Below, one piece after another: positions 42,794-52,404 of a stretch of DNA of 64,000 bases. The notes beneath the pieces were generated by a model that was not told the DNA's origin, made no database searches, and saw only the letters and a program-made list of their open reading frames with translations. A program made the position numbers and the translations under genes. The DNA comes from Kofleriaceae bacterium (GTDB lineage: Bacteria; Myxococcota_A; Polyangia; Haliangiales; Haliangiaceae): positions 151,837 through 215,836 of the forward strand of contig JAWKQX010000006.1 of NCBI GenBank assembly GCA_041389925.1, in the 5' to 3' direction. The stretch's first letter is position 1, and every line of letters starts with the position of its first letter.

Positions 42794-42952
42794 CAGGGGG
42801 ATGAACAACACCGCGAAGCGGCGTTGTTCTCGGCGAGATCGGGCACGGGCACGGGCACGGGGCAGGATGGCTGAAGAACGCGACTCCGCCGCGTTCTTCA
42901 GCATCCTGCTAGCTCTACCCCTGCGCATCCCGACCGGCTGGCTCGGGATCAA

Positions 42953-43996
42953 CTACGGGCGCGTCGGCTGCTGCTGCGTCGAGCAATGGAAGGCGCCGCC
43001 GCCGACCACCACCGGCTTGCCGGCCAGGCCCACGGCGCGGCGACCGGGAAACAGCTTGGCGATCGCGGCGACCGCGGCGTCATCGGCGGCGACCCCGTAG
43101 GTCGGCACCACCACGGCGGTGTTGGACAGATAGAAGTTCATGTAGCTCGCGGGCAGGAGCACGCCGCTGCGATCGCGCACCTCGCCGGGCGAGGGCACCG
43201 CGACCACCTCCAGCGCGTGGCCGCCGGGGCGCGCGGCGCGCAGATCGTCGAGGATGCCGCGCAGCGCGTCGCGGTTGGGATCCCCCGGCGCCGGCTCCAT
43301 CGCCGCGACCACGCCGGGCGCGACGAAGCGCGCCAGCGTGTCGATGTGGCCATCGGTGTGATCGTTCTCGAGGCCGCGGTCGAGCCAGATCACGTGCTCT
43401 ACGCCGAGCGCCCAGCGCAGCCGCGCCTCCAGCGCGGCCTCGTCGAGGCCGGGGTTGCGCGCGCCGCCGAGCAGGCACTGCTTGGTGGTGAGCAGCCGCC
43501 CCTCGCCGTCCACCTCGATCGCGCCGCCCTCGAGGACGAAGTCGTACGCCGCGCCGGACAGCCCGCACGCACGGGTGACGCGCGCCGAGACCTCGCGATC
43601 GCCGTCCATCAGGTACTTGCCGCCCCAGCCGTCGAAGCCGAAGCGCGCCGCGGTCACCTCGCCGGCGCGGGTGAGGAAGATCGGCCCGGTGTCGCGCAGC
43701 CAGACGTCGCCGTAGCGGCCGTGGTGGAAGCGCACGCCGGTCGCGGCGGCGCCGAGCAGCGCGCGGGCGGCGGCCTCGTCCACCGGGCCGCGCACCAGCA
43801 GCTCCACGCGCTCGCCGCGCGGTTGGCCGTGGTCGTCGAGATCGACGATCGCCGCGCACATCGCCATGAGCGCGCGCTGCGGCTCGTCGAGCCCCTCGGT
43901 CCACTGCTCGGGATCGTGCGGCCACGCGGTCCACACCGCGTCATGGGGCGCCCACTCGGCGGGCATGGTGAAGCGCTCGCGGTTCGACGTCCTCAT
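42953..43996 (-). CDS. aguA: agmatine deiminase (porphyranase-type PAD family)
   Basis: Internal start MRTSNRERFTMPAEWAPHDAVWTAWPH (ATG 43996). ...GGAFHCSTQQQP C-terminal catalytic Cys motif. 347 aa. GGAAGG Shine-Dalgarno inside the end of yebC. Confidence 0.88.
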   Translation of the reverse strand: MRTSNRERFTMPAEWAPHDAVWTAWPHDPEQWTEGLDEPQRALMAMCAAIVDLDDHGQPRGERVELLVRGPVDEAAARALLGAAATGVRFHHGRYGDVWLRDTGPIFLTRAGEVTAARFGFDGWGGKYLMDGDREVSARVTRACGLSGAAYDFVLEGGAIEVDGEGRLLTTKQCLLGGARNPGLDEAALEARLRWALGVEHVIWLDRGLENDHTDGHIDTLARFVAPGVVAAMEPAPGDPNRDALRGILDDLRAARPGGHALEVVAVPSPGEVRDRSGVLLPASYMNFYLSNTAVVVPTYGVAADDAAVAAIAKLFPGRRAVGLAGKPVVVGGGAFHCSTQQQPTRP

Positions 43997-44001
43997 GTGG
44001 G

Positions 44002-44709
44002 TTAGCCTTCCAGTCCGACGTAGAGGTGCTGCACGTCGTCGTCCTCGTCGAGGGCGGCGAGGAACGCCTCCACCTCCTCGCGCTGGGCCGCGTCGTCGAG
44101 CTTGACCGGGTTCTTGGCGCGCCAGCCCAGCCGCATCCCGCTGACCGACCAGCCCAGCCCGCCGAGCGCGCGGCTGACCGCGTCGAGGTCGCCGGGTTCG
44201 GTGTAGAAGCGCGTGGTGCCCTCCTCGGCGTCGACCTCGAAGTCCTGGGCGCCGGCCTCGATCGCCGCGGTCTCGGCGTCGGCGGTGCCGTCGCTGGCCG
44301 CGGCGTCGATGAACCCCAGGTGGGCGAAGTCCCACGACACCGCGCCGCTGGTGGCGAGCTGGCCCTTGCGGAAGAGCACGCGCAGGTTCGGCGTGGTGCG
44401 GTTCTTGTTGTCGGTCAGGCACTCGACGATCACCGGCACCCGGTGCGGCGCGAAGCCCTCGAAGGTCACCGTCTCGTACTGCGCCGCGCCGTCGAGCAGG
44501 CCGGCGCCCTTCTTGATGGCGCGCTCGAGCGTGTCGCGCGGCATGGAGGCCTTCTTCGCGGCCTCGACCATCACGCGCAGCGCCGCGTTGTGCGCGGGAT
44601 CGGCGCCGCCGCGCGCGGCCAGCGCGATCTCCTTGGCGAGCTTGCTGAAGATGCGGCCCCTGGCGTTGGCGGCGTCCTGACGACCTTTGTGCTTCCACTG
44701 AGCGCCCAT
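44002..44709 (-). CDS. YebC/PmpR-family DNA-binding regulatory protein
   Basis: MGAQWKHKGRQDAANARGRIFSKLAKEIALAAR matches the YebC N-terminus (MAGHSKWANIKHRK...). AGAGGA Shine-Dalgarno 6 nt upstream of ATG 44709. Its stop is 5 nt from the aguA start. Confidence 0.85.
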   Translation of the reverse strand: MGAQWKHKGRQDAANARGRIFSKLAKEIALAARGGADPAHNAALRVMVEAAKKASMPRDTLERAIKKGAGLLDGAAQYETVTFEGFAPHRVPVIVECLTDNKNRTTPNLRVLFRKGQLATSGAVSWDFAHLGFIDAAASDGTADAETAAIEAGAQDFEVDAEEGTTRFYTEPGDLDAVSRALGGLGWSVSGMRLGWRAKNPVKLDDAAQREEVEAFLAALDEDDDVQHLYVGLEG

Positions 44710-44802
44710 GGCGTCCTCTGTACCAGAGGTCGCCGGGGCGGCCAAGCTAACCCGGGGCGCACCTGGGTTGCCCCGCCCGCGCCCGAGCGGGCGGGCCGGC
44801 GC

Positions 44803-46401
44803 CTACGGCTCGTAGAGCACGTCCAGGTACGCGCGCATCAGGTCGCCCACCGCGCTGCGCACCGGCAGCGTGCCGGCGAGGCCATAGATCGGCGCCATGC
44901 CGCCGCGCTCCTCGGGGTGGGCGCGCACGTGTGCCACCGCCTCGCGCAGGTCGCGCAGGAAGCGCTCGGCGACGCCGGGCTGGGTGTGGCGCAGCGTGAC
45001 GCAGAGGTGCACCGCCGGCGGCAGGTGCAGGCCGTTGAGGTTCCAGCGTCGCTTCGTCATCACGTCGAGCACGCGGTAGATGTCCAGCGCCGGCGCGCCG
45101 CGCCGCGCCGGGGGCTCGGCCGCGAACGCGATCACCCAGAGCGGCTCGCCGAGCACGCGCAGCCCGTCGATCGCGGCGATGCCCTCGCGCAGCGCGCGGG
45201 CGGTCTCGAGGATCTGCGCGGTGGCGTCGAGGTAGCCCTGCTTGCCGAGCGAGACCATCGCCGCCCAGCACGCCGCGGACAGCGCGCCGGGGCGGCTGCC
45301 GGCGAAGGTCGGCGAGAGGTACATGCCGCCCGGCCAGTCGGTGGCGGTGAAGTATTGATGGCGGCGCAGCGCGGCGGAGCGGTAGAGGACGACGCTGGTG
45401 CCCTTGGCGGCGTAGCCGTACTTGTGCGTGTCGGCGGACATCGACGTGACGCCGGGCAGCGCGAAGTCGAACGCGGGCACCGAGTAGCCCAGCTCGCGCG
45501 CGAACGGCAGCACGAAGCCGCCGAGGCACGCGTCGGTGTGAAAGCCGACGCCCCGCGCGCGCGCCAGCTCGGACAGCTCGGCGATCGGATCGATGCCGCC
45601 GTGCGGGAACGCCGGCGCCGAGCCGACCAGGCAGATCGTCCGCGCGGTGAGGGCGCGGCGGGTGGCCTCGACGTCGGCGCGGGTGTCCGGGCCGACGGGC
45701 ACGCGCACCAGCTCCAGGCCAAAGCACTGCGCCGCCTTGTCGAAGGCGACGTGCGCGGTGCTCGGCGCGATGACCTGCGGCCGGGTGACGCCGCGCTCGG
45801 CGCGCGCCCAGTCGCGGTAGGTCTTCATCGCCAGCATGATGCTCTCGGTGCCGCCGGACGACACCACGCCGACGACCGGACCGGGCAGGGCGTCGCCGGG
45901 CGCGCCCGCCGGCACGTGGGCGGCGCCGAGCATCGCGGCGGTCATCGCGATGATCTCGGCCTCGTACTTGACCACCGAGGGCCACAGATCGGCGTGCAGC
46001 GGGTTGGTCTGCGAGAACGCGGCGTAGACCTCGGAGAGGAACGCGGTGTGCGCGTCGTCGCCGTGGTAGACGGCGCCGGAGACGAAGCCGTCGTGCCAGC
46101 GCTCGCGCTCGCGCGCGGCCAGCGCGCGCATGTCGGCGAGCACGTCGGCGCGGGCGCGGCCGTGCGGCGGCAGCTCGACGGTGCGCGGCGTGTCGTTGGC
46201 GTACGGCTTGGCGCCGCGCCGGATCTCCGCCAGCATCTTCTCGGACTCCGCGGCGATGCGCGCGCCGACGATCGGCAGCCGCTTGGCGCGCTGGAACGCC
46301 GCGTCGAGCGCGCGGCGGCCGAGGCGATCGAGCCGGCGCCGCAGCGGCGCCAGCGAGGCGAGCGAGGGGCCCGGGGGGCCCGCGGGGCGCGAAGGACGCA
46401 T
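44803..46401 (-). CDS. PLP-dependent group II decarboxylase (sphingosine-1-phosphate lyase / glutamate decarboxylase-like fold type I); start uncertain
   Basis: [19 protein letters not shown] (PLP-Lys motif of group II decarboxylases). GGTESI. About 530 aa. Confidence 0.75.
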   Translation of the reverse strand: MRPSRPAGPPGPSLASLAPLRRRLDRLGRRALDAAFQRAKRLPIVGARIAAESEKMLAEIRRGAKPYANDTPRTVELPPHGRARADVLADMRALAARERERWHDGFVSGAVYHGDDAHTAFLSEVYAAFSQTNPLHADLWPSVVKYEAEIIAMTAAMLGAAHVPAGAPGDALPGPVVGVVSSGGTESIMLAMKTYRDWARAERGVTRPQVIAPSTAHVAFDKAAQCFGLELVRVPVGPDTRADVEATRRALTARTICLVGSAPAFPHGGIDPIAELSELARARGVGFHTDACLGGFVLPFARELGYSVPAFDFALPGVTSMSADTHKYGYAAKGTSVVLYRSAALRRHQYFTATDWPGGMYLSPTFAGSRPGALSAACWAAMVSLGKQGYLDATAQILETARALREGIAAIDGLRVLGEPLWVIAFAAEPPARRGAPALDIYRVLDVMTKRRWNLNGLHLPPAVHLCVTLRHTQPGVAERFLRDLREAVAHVRAHPEERGGMAPIYGLAGTLPVRSAVGDLMRAYLDVLYEP

Positions 46402-46434
46402 GCCCGTGCGTAGCACGCCGCGGCGGCGTCGCGG

Positions 46435-48012
<1,578 letters not shown>

Positions 48013-48104
48013 GGCCGCGAGTGTACCCGCAACGGGCGCGGGTTCGTCCCAGGTGTCAGCGAGGGGCCTCCGTCCAACGTGTCAGCGATGTCTTGATCCG
48101 TTCC

Positions 48105-48340
48105 CCGCCGCCGCCACCGTCCCCGTCGCGGCCACGGCCACCGCCACCGTCACGGTCACCGTCCCCGTCACGGTCGCCGTCCCCGTCACGGCCACCGCCA
48201 CCGTCACGGCCACCGTCACGGTCACGGCCACCGCCACCGCCACCGTCACGGTCACCGTCCCCGTCACGGCCACCGCCCCCGTCACGGCCACCGCCACCGT
48301 CACGGCACGCCTCCGTCACCGTCACCGTCGCCGCCTCCGT
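48105..48340. repeat. GTSACS hexanucleotide repeat tract abutting the IS left end
   Basis: Read directly (ccgtcacggtcaccgtccccgtcacggccacc...). Continues on the other side of the IS (49869-49920). Confidence 0.8.
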
Positions 48341-49868
48341 CTATCGATCCCGCACAAGTTTCCGGATCAATTCAGTCCCTTAGCCTTCTCCGTCGAAAAA
48401 ACGTCAGATGGTCGTGATCCCCTCGGTCGATGAAAGAGCGGCTGGACGAGGATGCCATCGGTCGAATGCAGGACGACTTGAGCCGGTCCGACCTTGGGGA
48501 TCCCCGGCGGGTCTCTCGTGCACAACAGATCGTCGCTCGCCTAGCGGCGTCCCCGGGGTCTTCGCTTCCCGAAGCCCTGGTCACCGATGCGGAACTGGAG
48601 GGGGCCTATCGACTCTTCAACAACGACCGCGTGACCTTTGAGCAGCTCTTCGATGCTCATGCGGGGGGCACCGTCGAACGAGCGCGAGGTCGCAAGCTGG
48701 TCCTCGCGATCCACGACACCACGGCGTGCTCGTTCCGACATGCGGATCCTCGAGAGATCGGGTACCTCCACACGGGGAAGCCAGGGTTTCTGTTGCACAT
48801 GACGATGCTCGTCGATACGGAGCAGTGGCGGCGGCCTTTGGGGCTCACCCATGCAGAGGTCCTCACGCGCGACAAACCGAGCAGTCGCAAATCGCGCATG
48901 TCGGGGGGAGAGACGGCGAAGCTCGCCGACCGGGAATATCTTCGCTGGCAACGTGGCATTTCGGTCTCCGAGGCCCGGTTGCAGCAAGCGGGCGCGTCGA
49001 TCATCCACGTGGCAGACCGCGAGAGCGATTCGTACGAGTTGATGGCGACGTGCGTGTCCCTCGGGCAGCGGTTCATCCTTCGAGCCAAGACGCATCGCAC
49101 CGTGGACCTGGACGGCCAGCGTGTTGGAATTCGGGATTTCGTCGTCGAGCAAGGGCGTGTCCGATTGGAGCGCGAGGTCCCGTTGTCACGGCGCCTCGGT
49201 ACCTCCATGCCCAATCGACGGCGCGACCATCCGCCACGCGAGAGCCGCGTCGCTAAGCTTTGCTTCTCGACGACGCAGGTGACGTTGCGTCGCCCCAACA
49301 TCGTTCCCGCGCGCAACGCGCCCCCCACGCTTGAGGTCAACGCGCTGCACGTGTTTGAGCCCGAGCCGCCGCCTGGCCAAGAGGCCGTCGACTGGTTGCT
49401 GTACACGACGGAGCCCCTCGGTACACGGCAGGAGATCGAAGACGTCGTCGACTACTACCGATGCCGTTGGCAGATCGAAGAACTCAACAAGGCGCTCAAG
49501 ACGGGCTGCGTGGTGCAGGAACGCCAGCTCGAGTCATTCGACGCGCTCACCACGATGCTGGCGCTCTCGCTCCCCATTGCCGTCGAGTTGCTTGCGCTTC
49601 GTACCCTCGCTCGCTCCGACGAGACGGCCCCCGCCACGGAGGTGCTCTCAGAGGACGAGCTTGCCGCTCTTCGCCACATGAGCCATCGGCCCCTCCCGGA
49701 CCGCCCCACCGTGCAGGACGCTCTCTGGTGCATCGCCGGGATCGGTGGACACATCAAGAATAATGGCTCGCCGGGTTGGCAGGTCCTCCAACGCGGCATG
49801 GAAAAGTTCATGTCTTTCGCGGCCGGATGGTGCGCGGCAAAGGCCGCCGACTTGTGATCAATCGATAG
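48341..49868 (+). mobile_element. IS4-family insertion sequence (about 1.53 kb) with imperfect terminal inverted repeats and a 10-bp target-site duplication
   Basis: Left end ctatcgatcccgcacaag. Right end cttgtgatcaatcgatag (the inverted counterpart). Flanked by the direct repeat ccgcctccgt at 48331-48340 and 49869-49878. A single transposase ORF lies inside. Confidence 0.8.
48430..49857 (+). CDS. IS4-family DDE transposase (475 aa)
   Basis: YYRCRWQIEELNKALK = Y-2-R-3-E-6-K signature of IS4-family transposases. DDE-type catalytic-core composition. ATG 48430. Confidence 0.85.
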   Translation: MKERLDEDAIGRMQDDLSRSDLGDPRRVSRAQQIVARLAASPGSSLPEALVTDAELEGAYRLFNNDRVTFEQLFDAHAGGTVERARGRKLVLAIHDTTACSFRHADPREIGYLHTGKPGFLLHMTMLVDTEQWRRPLGLTHAEVLTRDKPSSRKSRMSGGETAKLADREYLRWQRGISVSEARLQQAGASIIHVADRESDSYELMATCVSLGQRFILRAKTHRTVDLDGQRVGIRDFVVEQGRVRLEREVPLSRRLGTSMPNRRRDHPPRESRVAKLCFSTTQVTLRRPNIVPARNAPPTLEVNALHVFEPEPPPGQEAVDWLLYTTEPLGTRQEIEDVVDYYRCRWQIEELNKALKTGCVVQERQLESFDALTTMLALSLPIAVELLALRTLARSDETAPATEVLSEDELAALRHMSHRPLPDRPTVQDALWCIAGIGGHIKNNGSPGWQVLQRGMEKFMSFAAGWCAAKAADL

Positions 49869-49920
49869 CCGCCTCCGTCACCGTCTCCGCCCGTCTCCGC
49901 CACCGTCTCCGTCTCCGTCA
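49869..49920. repeat. short GTSACS hexanucleotide tract between the IS right end and the four-helix-bundle gene A
   Basis: ccgcctccgtcaccgtctccgcccgtctccgccaccgtctccgtctccgtcac read directly. Confidence 0.7.
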
Positions 49921-49948
49921 CAAAATGGCGCCCTTGCCGCCTCGAACG

Positions 49949-50272
49949 TCACCGAGGGGCTGCGAGCCGGTAGAGCATGCCGCCGAGCCGGTCCGCGATG
50001 GCATGGGGCGACTCGGTGCCGTCGAGCCAGCCCTTGGCCGTCGCGAGCGCCAGCGCGCTGCGCACCTCGCGGAGGCTGCCGTACGCGATGCGGAACAGCT
50101 GCACGCGGTCACCGCCGAAGCGCCCGCCGGCCTCAGCGAGGTTCAGCGCGACGCTATCCGCGGCGCGATCGAGCTGACGAGCAAGGTCTCGGTCGCGCTG
50201 GCGAACCGCCGCGAGCGGGCCGCGAAGACTACGAACCAGGTCGAGCGAGAGGTCATAGGCGAGAAAGGGCAT
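49949..50272 (-). CDS. four-helix-bundle protein (TIGR02436 / 23S rRNA intervening-sequence protein / Avd-like), copy A, 107 aa
   Basis: MPFLAYDLSLDLVRSLRG...LARQLDRAADSVALNLAEAGGRF...QLFRIAYGSLREVRSALALA. Conserved xxAxSIxxNIAEG and LxEL motifs of the family. GGAGA Shine-Dalgarno 9 nt upstream. Confidence 0.8.
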   Translation of the reverse strand: MPFLAYDLSLDLVRSLRGPLAAVRQRDRDLARQLDRAADSVALNLAEAGGRFGGDRVQLFRIAYGSLREVRSALALATAKGWLDGTESPHAIADRLGGMLYRLAAPR

Positions 50273-50421
50273 CGGTCATCTCCAGGGGTGGTTTCTCCCC
50301 CCAAGCGGAACGAACCGTGACGCGCGCTGAAAAAACCAACGCTCGCGCTCTCGTCCACACTCTCTCGCGCGCGGCGCGGTTCTTTCCGCGTCCGGGAGAA
50401 CCACCCCTGGAGATGGCCGAT
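50270..50421. promoter_or_regulatory. about 150-bp imperfect palindrome duplicating the RBS/start context of copy A in inverted orientation (CATCGGTCATCTCCAGGGGTGGTTTCTCCCC ... GGGAGAACCACCCCTGGAGATGGCCGATG)
   Basis: Arms read directly. Left arm includes ATG+SD of 49949..50272(-). Right arm gives an identical SD+ATG (50419) for the + strand TV-repeat ORF. Inner arms also partly palindromic. Confidence 0.6.
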
Positions 50422-50949
50422 GCCCGGCTCGACCTGAGCTCGCTCCTGACCGCCGTGGCCGTGACCGTGACCGTGGCCGTGACCGTGACCGTGGCCGTCG
50501 CCGAGACCGCGACCGTGGCCGTCGCCGAGACCGTGGCCGTCGCCGAGACCGCGACCGTGGCCGTCGCCGGGACCGCGACCGAGACCGTCGCCGGGACCGC
50601 GACCGAGACCGTCGCCGAGACCGCGACCGTGGCCGTCGCCGAGACCGCGACCGTGGCCGTCTCCGAGACCGCTGCCGCCACCGTCTCCGTCTCCGTCACC
50701 GTCACCGTCACCGTCTCCGTCTCCGTCACCGTCACCGTCACCGTCTCCGCCACCGCCACCGCCACCGTCTCCGTCTCCGTCTCCGCCACCGTCCCCGTCT
50801 CCGCCACCGCCACCGCCACCGCCACCGCCACCGTCTCCGTCTCCGTCTCCGTCTCCGCCACCGCCGCCGCCGCCGTCACCGCCTCCGGCTCCGTCACCGA
50901 GGCCGTTTCCGCTGCCGAGGCCGTTTCCGCTGCCGAGGCCCGCGGCTGA
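50419..50949 (+). CDS. putative repeat protein ORF-X (MADARLDLSSLL + about 150 aa of TV/AV/ET dipeptide repeats); may be a non-functional by-product of the palindrome
   Basis: Same SD (ctGGAGAtggccgATG) as the four-helix-bundle gene. The first 15 aa resemble the four-helix-bundle N-terminus. The body is encoded entirely by the hexanucleotide repeat, in a high-GC3 frame. Confidence 0.3.
   Translation, partial: DARLDLSSLLTAVAVTVTVAVTVTVAVAETATVAVAETVAVAETATVAVAGTATETVAGTATETVAETATVAVAETATVAVSETAAATVSVSVTVTVTVSVSVTVTVTVSATATATVSVSVSATVPVSATATATATATVSVSVSVSATAAAAVTASGSVTEAVSAAEAVSAAEARG
50452..50945. repeat. largest GTSACS hexanucleotide tract (about 75 units) followed by two 18-bp repeats (gccgaggccgtttccgct)
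   Basis: Read directly. Every frame on both strands is open through the tract. Confidence 0.85.
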
Positions 50950-51001
50950 CACCGGGCTGCTTCGGTCCTCGTCGGCAGGGGCTCCTTGGGGCGGCGAAGT
51001 C

Positions 51002-51194
51002 AGGCCGTCGTCCGTCGTCGTCTCGCCCCGCGCCCCGACGCGCACCGGCCCGCGCCGAGCGCCGGGGGCGCGGTGCAGGAGCGGGTGGCCGCCGCATGAA
51101 CAGGGTTGGAGGAGGCGCGCGCGTCGAGGGGGCGCTCGTCACGGGCCGTGCGCGTTGGGGGCGCTGGGGGCGAGAGACGACGACGGACGACGGC
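51002..51194. mobile_element. MITE-like element: 28-bp inverted repeats (aggccgtcgtccgtcgtcgtctcgcccc / ggggcgagagacgacgacggacgacggcct) flanking about 135 bp, just upstream of four-helix-bundle gene B
   Basis: Arms read directly at 51002-51029 and 51166-51194. No convincing ORF between them. Confidence 0.4.
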
Positions 51195-51228
51195 CTGCTC
51201 TTAGGCCCCTCACCAAAGGAGTTCCCTA

Positions 51229-51552
51229 ATGCCTTTCGATGTTCTCGAAACCTCCCTCAGCGTCATGGAGCGGCTCACGCCAGTCGAAGCGAAGCTCCGC
51301 CAGCGCCGAAAGTCCCTTGCCGATCAGGTCGGCCGAGCCGCGGAGAGCGTGTCGCTCAACATCAGCGAAGCGCGCGAGCGCGCCGGCCTCGATCGCGCGG
51401 ATCTCTTCCGACGCGCGGCCGGCTCCGCGAGCGAGCTCACGACGGCGCTGCGAATCGCGCAGCTCCGTGGCTACATCACGGCAGCAGACTTCGCGGCAGT
51501 CGACGCCATGCTGGATCGTGTCCGCGCGATGCTCTGGCGGCTCACTCACTGA
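51229..51552 (+). CDS. four-helix-bundle protein (TIGR02436 / 23S-IVS / Avd-like), copy B, 107 aa
   Basis: MPFDVLETSLSVMERL...LADQVGRAAESVSLNISEARERA...DLFRRAAGSASELTTALRIAQ. AAGGAG Shine-Dalgarno 9 nt upstream. Paralog of copy A in opposite orientation. Confidence 0.8.
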   Translation: MPFDVLETSLSVMERLTPVEAKLRQRRKSLADQVGRAAESVSLNISEARERAGLDRADLFRRAAGSASELTTALRIAQLRGYITAADFAAVDAMLDRVRAMLWRLTH

Positions 51553-51587
51553 CGGCACGCCAAGGGCGCCTCGGCTGCCGCGGCGGT

Positions 51588-51607
51588 GACTTGCGACCAA
51601 TCGATAG
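51588..51607 (+). mobile_element. solo IS4-family right-end remnant (gacttgcgaccaatcgatag) followed by a hexanucleotide tract
   Basis: Matches the IS right end gacttgtgatcaatcgatag at 18 of 20 positions, in the same orientation relative to the adjoining repeat tract. Confidence 0.5.
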
Positions 51608-51672
51608 CCGTCACGGCCACCGTCACGGTCACGGTCACGGCCACCGTCCCCGTCCCCGTCACGTCCACCGTC
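51608..51672. repeat. GTSACS hexanucleotide tract read in-frame into the SDR gene's upstream ORF
   Basis: ccgtcacggccaccgtcacggtcacggtcacggccaccgtccccgtccccgtcacgtccaccgtc. Confidence 0.75.
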
Positions 51673-51690
51673 TCGAGTATGCTCCGCTCC

Positions 51691-52395
51691 ATGAGAACCC
51701 TCTCCAAGCGACATGTCGTGGTCACCGGCGCCACCGGCGCGCTGGGCAGCGCCGTGGTGGCCAGGCTGCTCGACCTCGGCGCGGAGTGCCACTTGCCGAT
51801 GCGCGAGCCGGCGGTGCCGGAGCACCTGCCCTGGCGCGGTCACGCCCAGGTCCACGCCACGCCGAGCGTCTCGCTCGAGGACGAGGCCGCGGTGACCGCG
51901 TACTACGCCGGCCTGCCCGAGCTGTGGGGCTCGGCGCAGCTCGTCGGCGGCTTCGCGATGAAGCCGCTGCTCGACACCTCGCTCGCGGAGCTGCACGCGC
52001 AGTGGAGCCTCAACGTCGCCACCTGCTTCCTCTGCTGCCGCGAGGCGGTGCGCGCCATGCGCCGCAGCGGCGGGGCCCAGGGCGGCCGCCTGATCAACGT
52101 CACGGCCCGCGCCGCGACGAGCGCCGCGCCCGGCATGCTCGCGTACACCGCGGCCAAGGCGGCGGTGGCGTCGCTCACCCAGACCCTGGCGGCGGAGCTC
52201 GCGCAGGAGCAGATCCTCATCAACGCGATCTCCCCGTCGCTGATCGACAGCGCCGCCAACCGCGCGGCCATGCCCGACGCCGACTTCGACAAGTGGCCCA
52301 AGCCCACCGAGCTCGCCGACGCCATCGCCTTCCTGCTCTCGCCCGACAACGCGCTGACCTCCGGCGCGATCGTTCCGGTGTACGGCCGCGCCTAG
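51691..52395 (+). CDS. SDR-family NAD(P)-dependent oxidoreductase; start uncertain (ATG 51679/51691; the ORF is open back to GTG 51586 through the repeat)
   Basis: VVVTGATGALGSAVVARL (TGxxxGxG). YTAAKAAV (YxxxK). ...LINAISPSLIDS. Confidence 0.8.
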   Translation: MRTLSKRHVVVTGATGALGSAVVARLLDLGAECHLPMREPAVPEHLPWRGHAQVHATPSVSLEDEAAVTAYYAGLPELWGSAQLVGGFAMKPLLDTSLAELHAQWSLNVATCFLCCREAVRAMRRSGGAQGGRLINVTARAATSAAPGMLAYTAAKAAVASLTQTLAAELAQEQILINAISPSLIDSAANRAAMPDADFDKWPKPTELADAIAFLLSPDNALTSGAIVPVYGRA

Positions 52396-52404
52396 CAGGG
52401 CTGG

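Noticed and set aside
42011-42952. 313-aa minus-strand ORF between aguA and aguB
   Set aside because: Arg-rich junk antisense to the two plus-strand small genes, one of which carries a clear aspartyl-protease motif.
44026-46413. 795-aa plus-strand ORF
   Set aside because: Antisense to the yebC and PLP-decarboxylase genes, which have clear family motifs.
50143-51045. 300-aa minus-strand ORF encoding (GD)n/(GHGRGLGD)n
   Set aside because: This is the same hexamer tract read in a different frame. No start context or RBS, unlike ORF-X, which inherits the four-helix-bundle gene's SD+ATG.
49949-51552. Diversity-generating retroelement (Avd + TR/VR) interpretation
   Set aside because: Avd-like four-helix-bundle genes are present, but there is no reverse transcriptase and no template/variable repeat pair with adenine-specific differences in the window. 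Kept only as a remote possibility.
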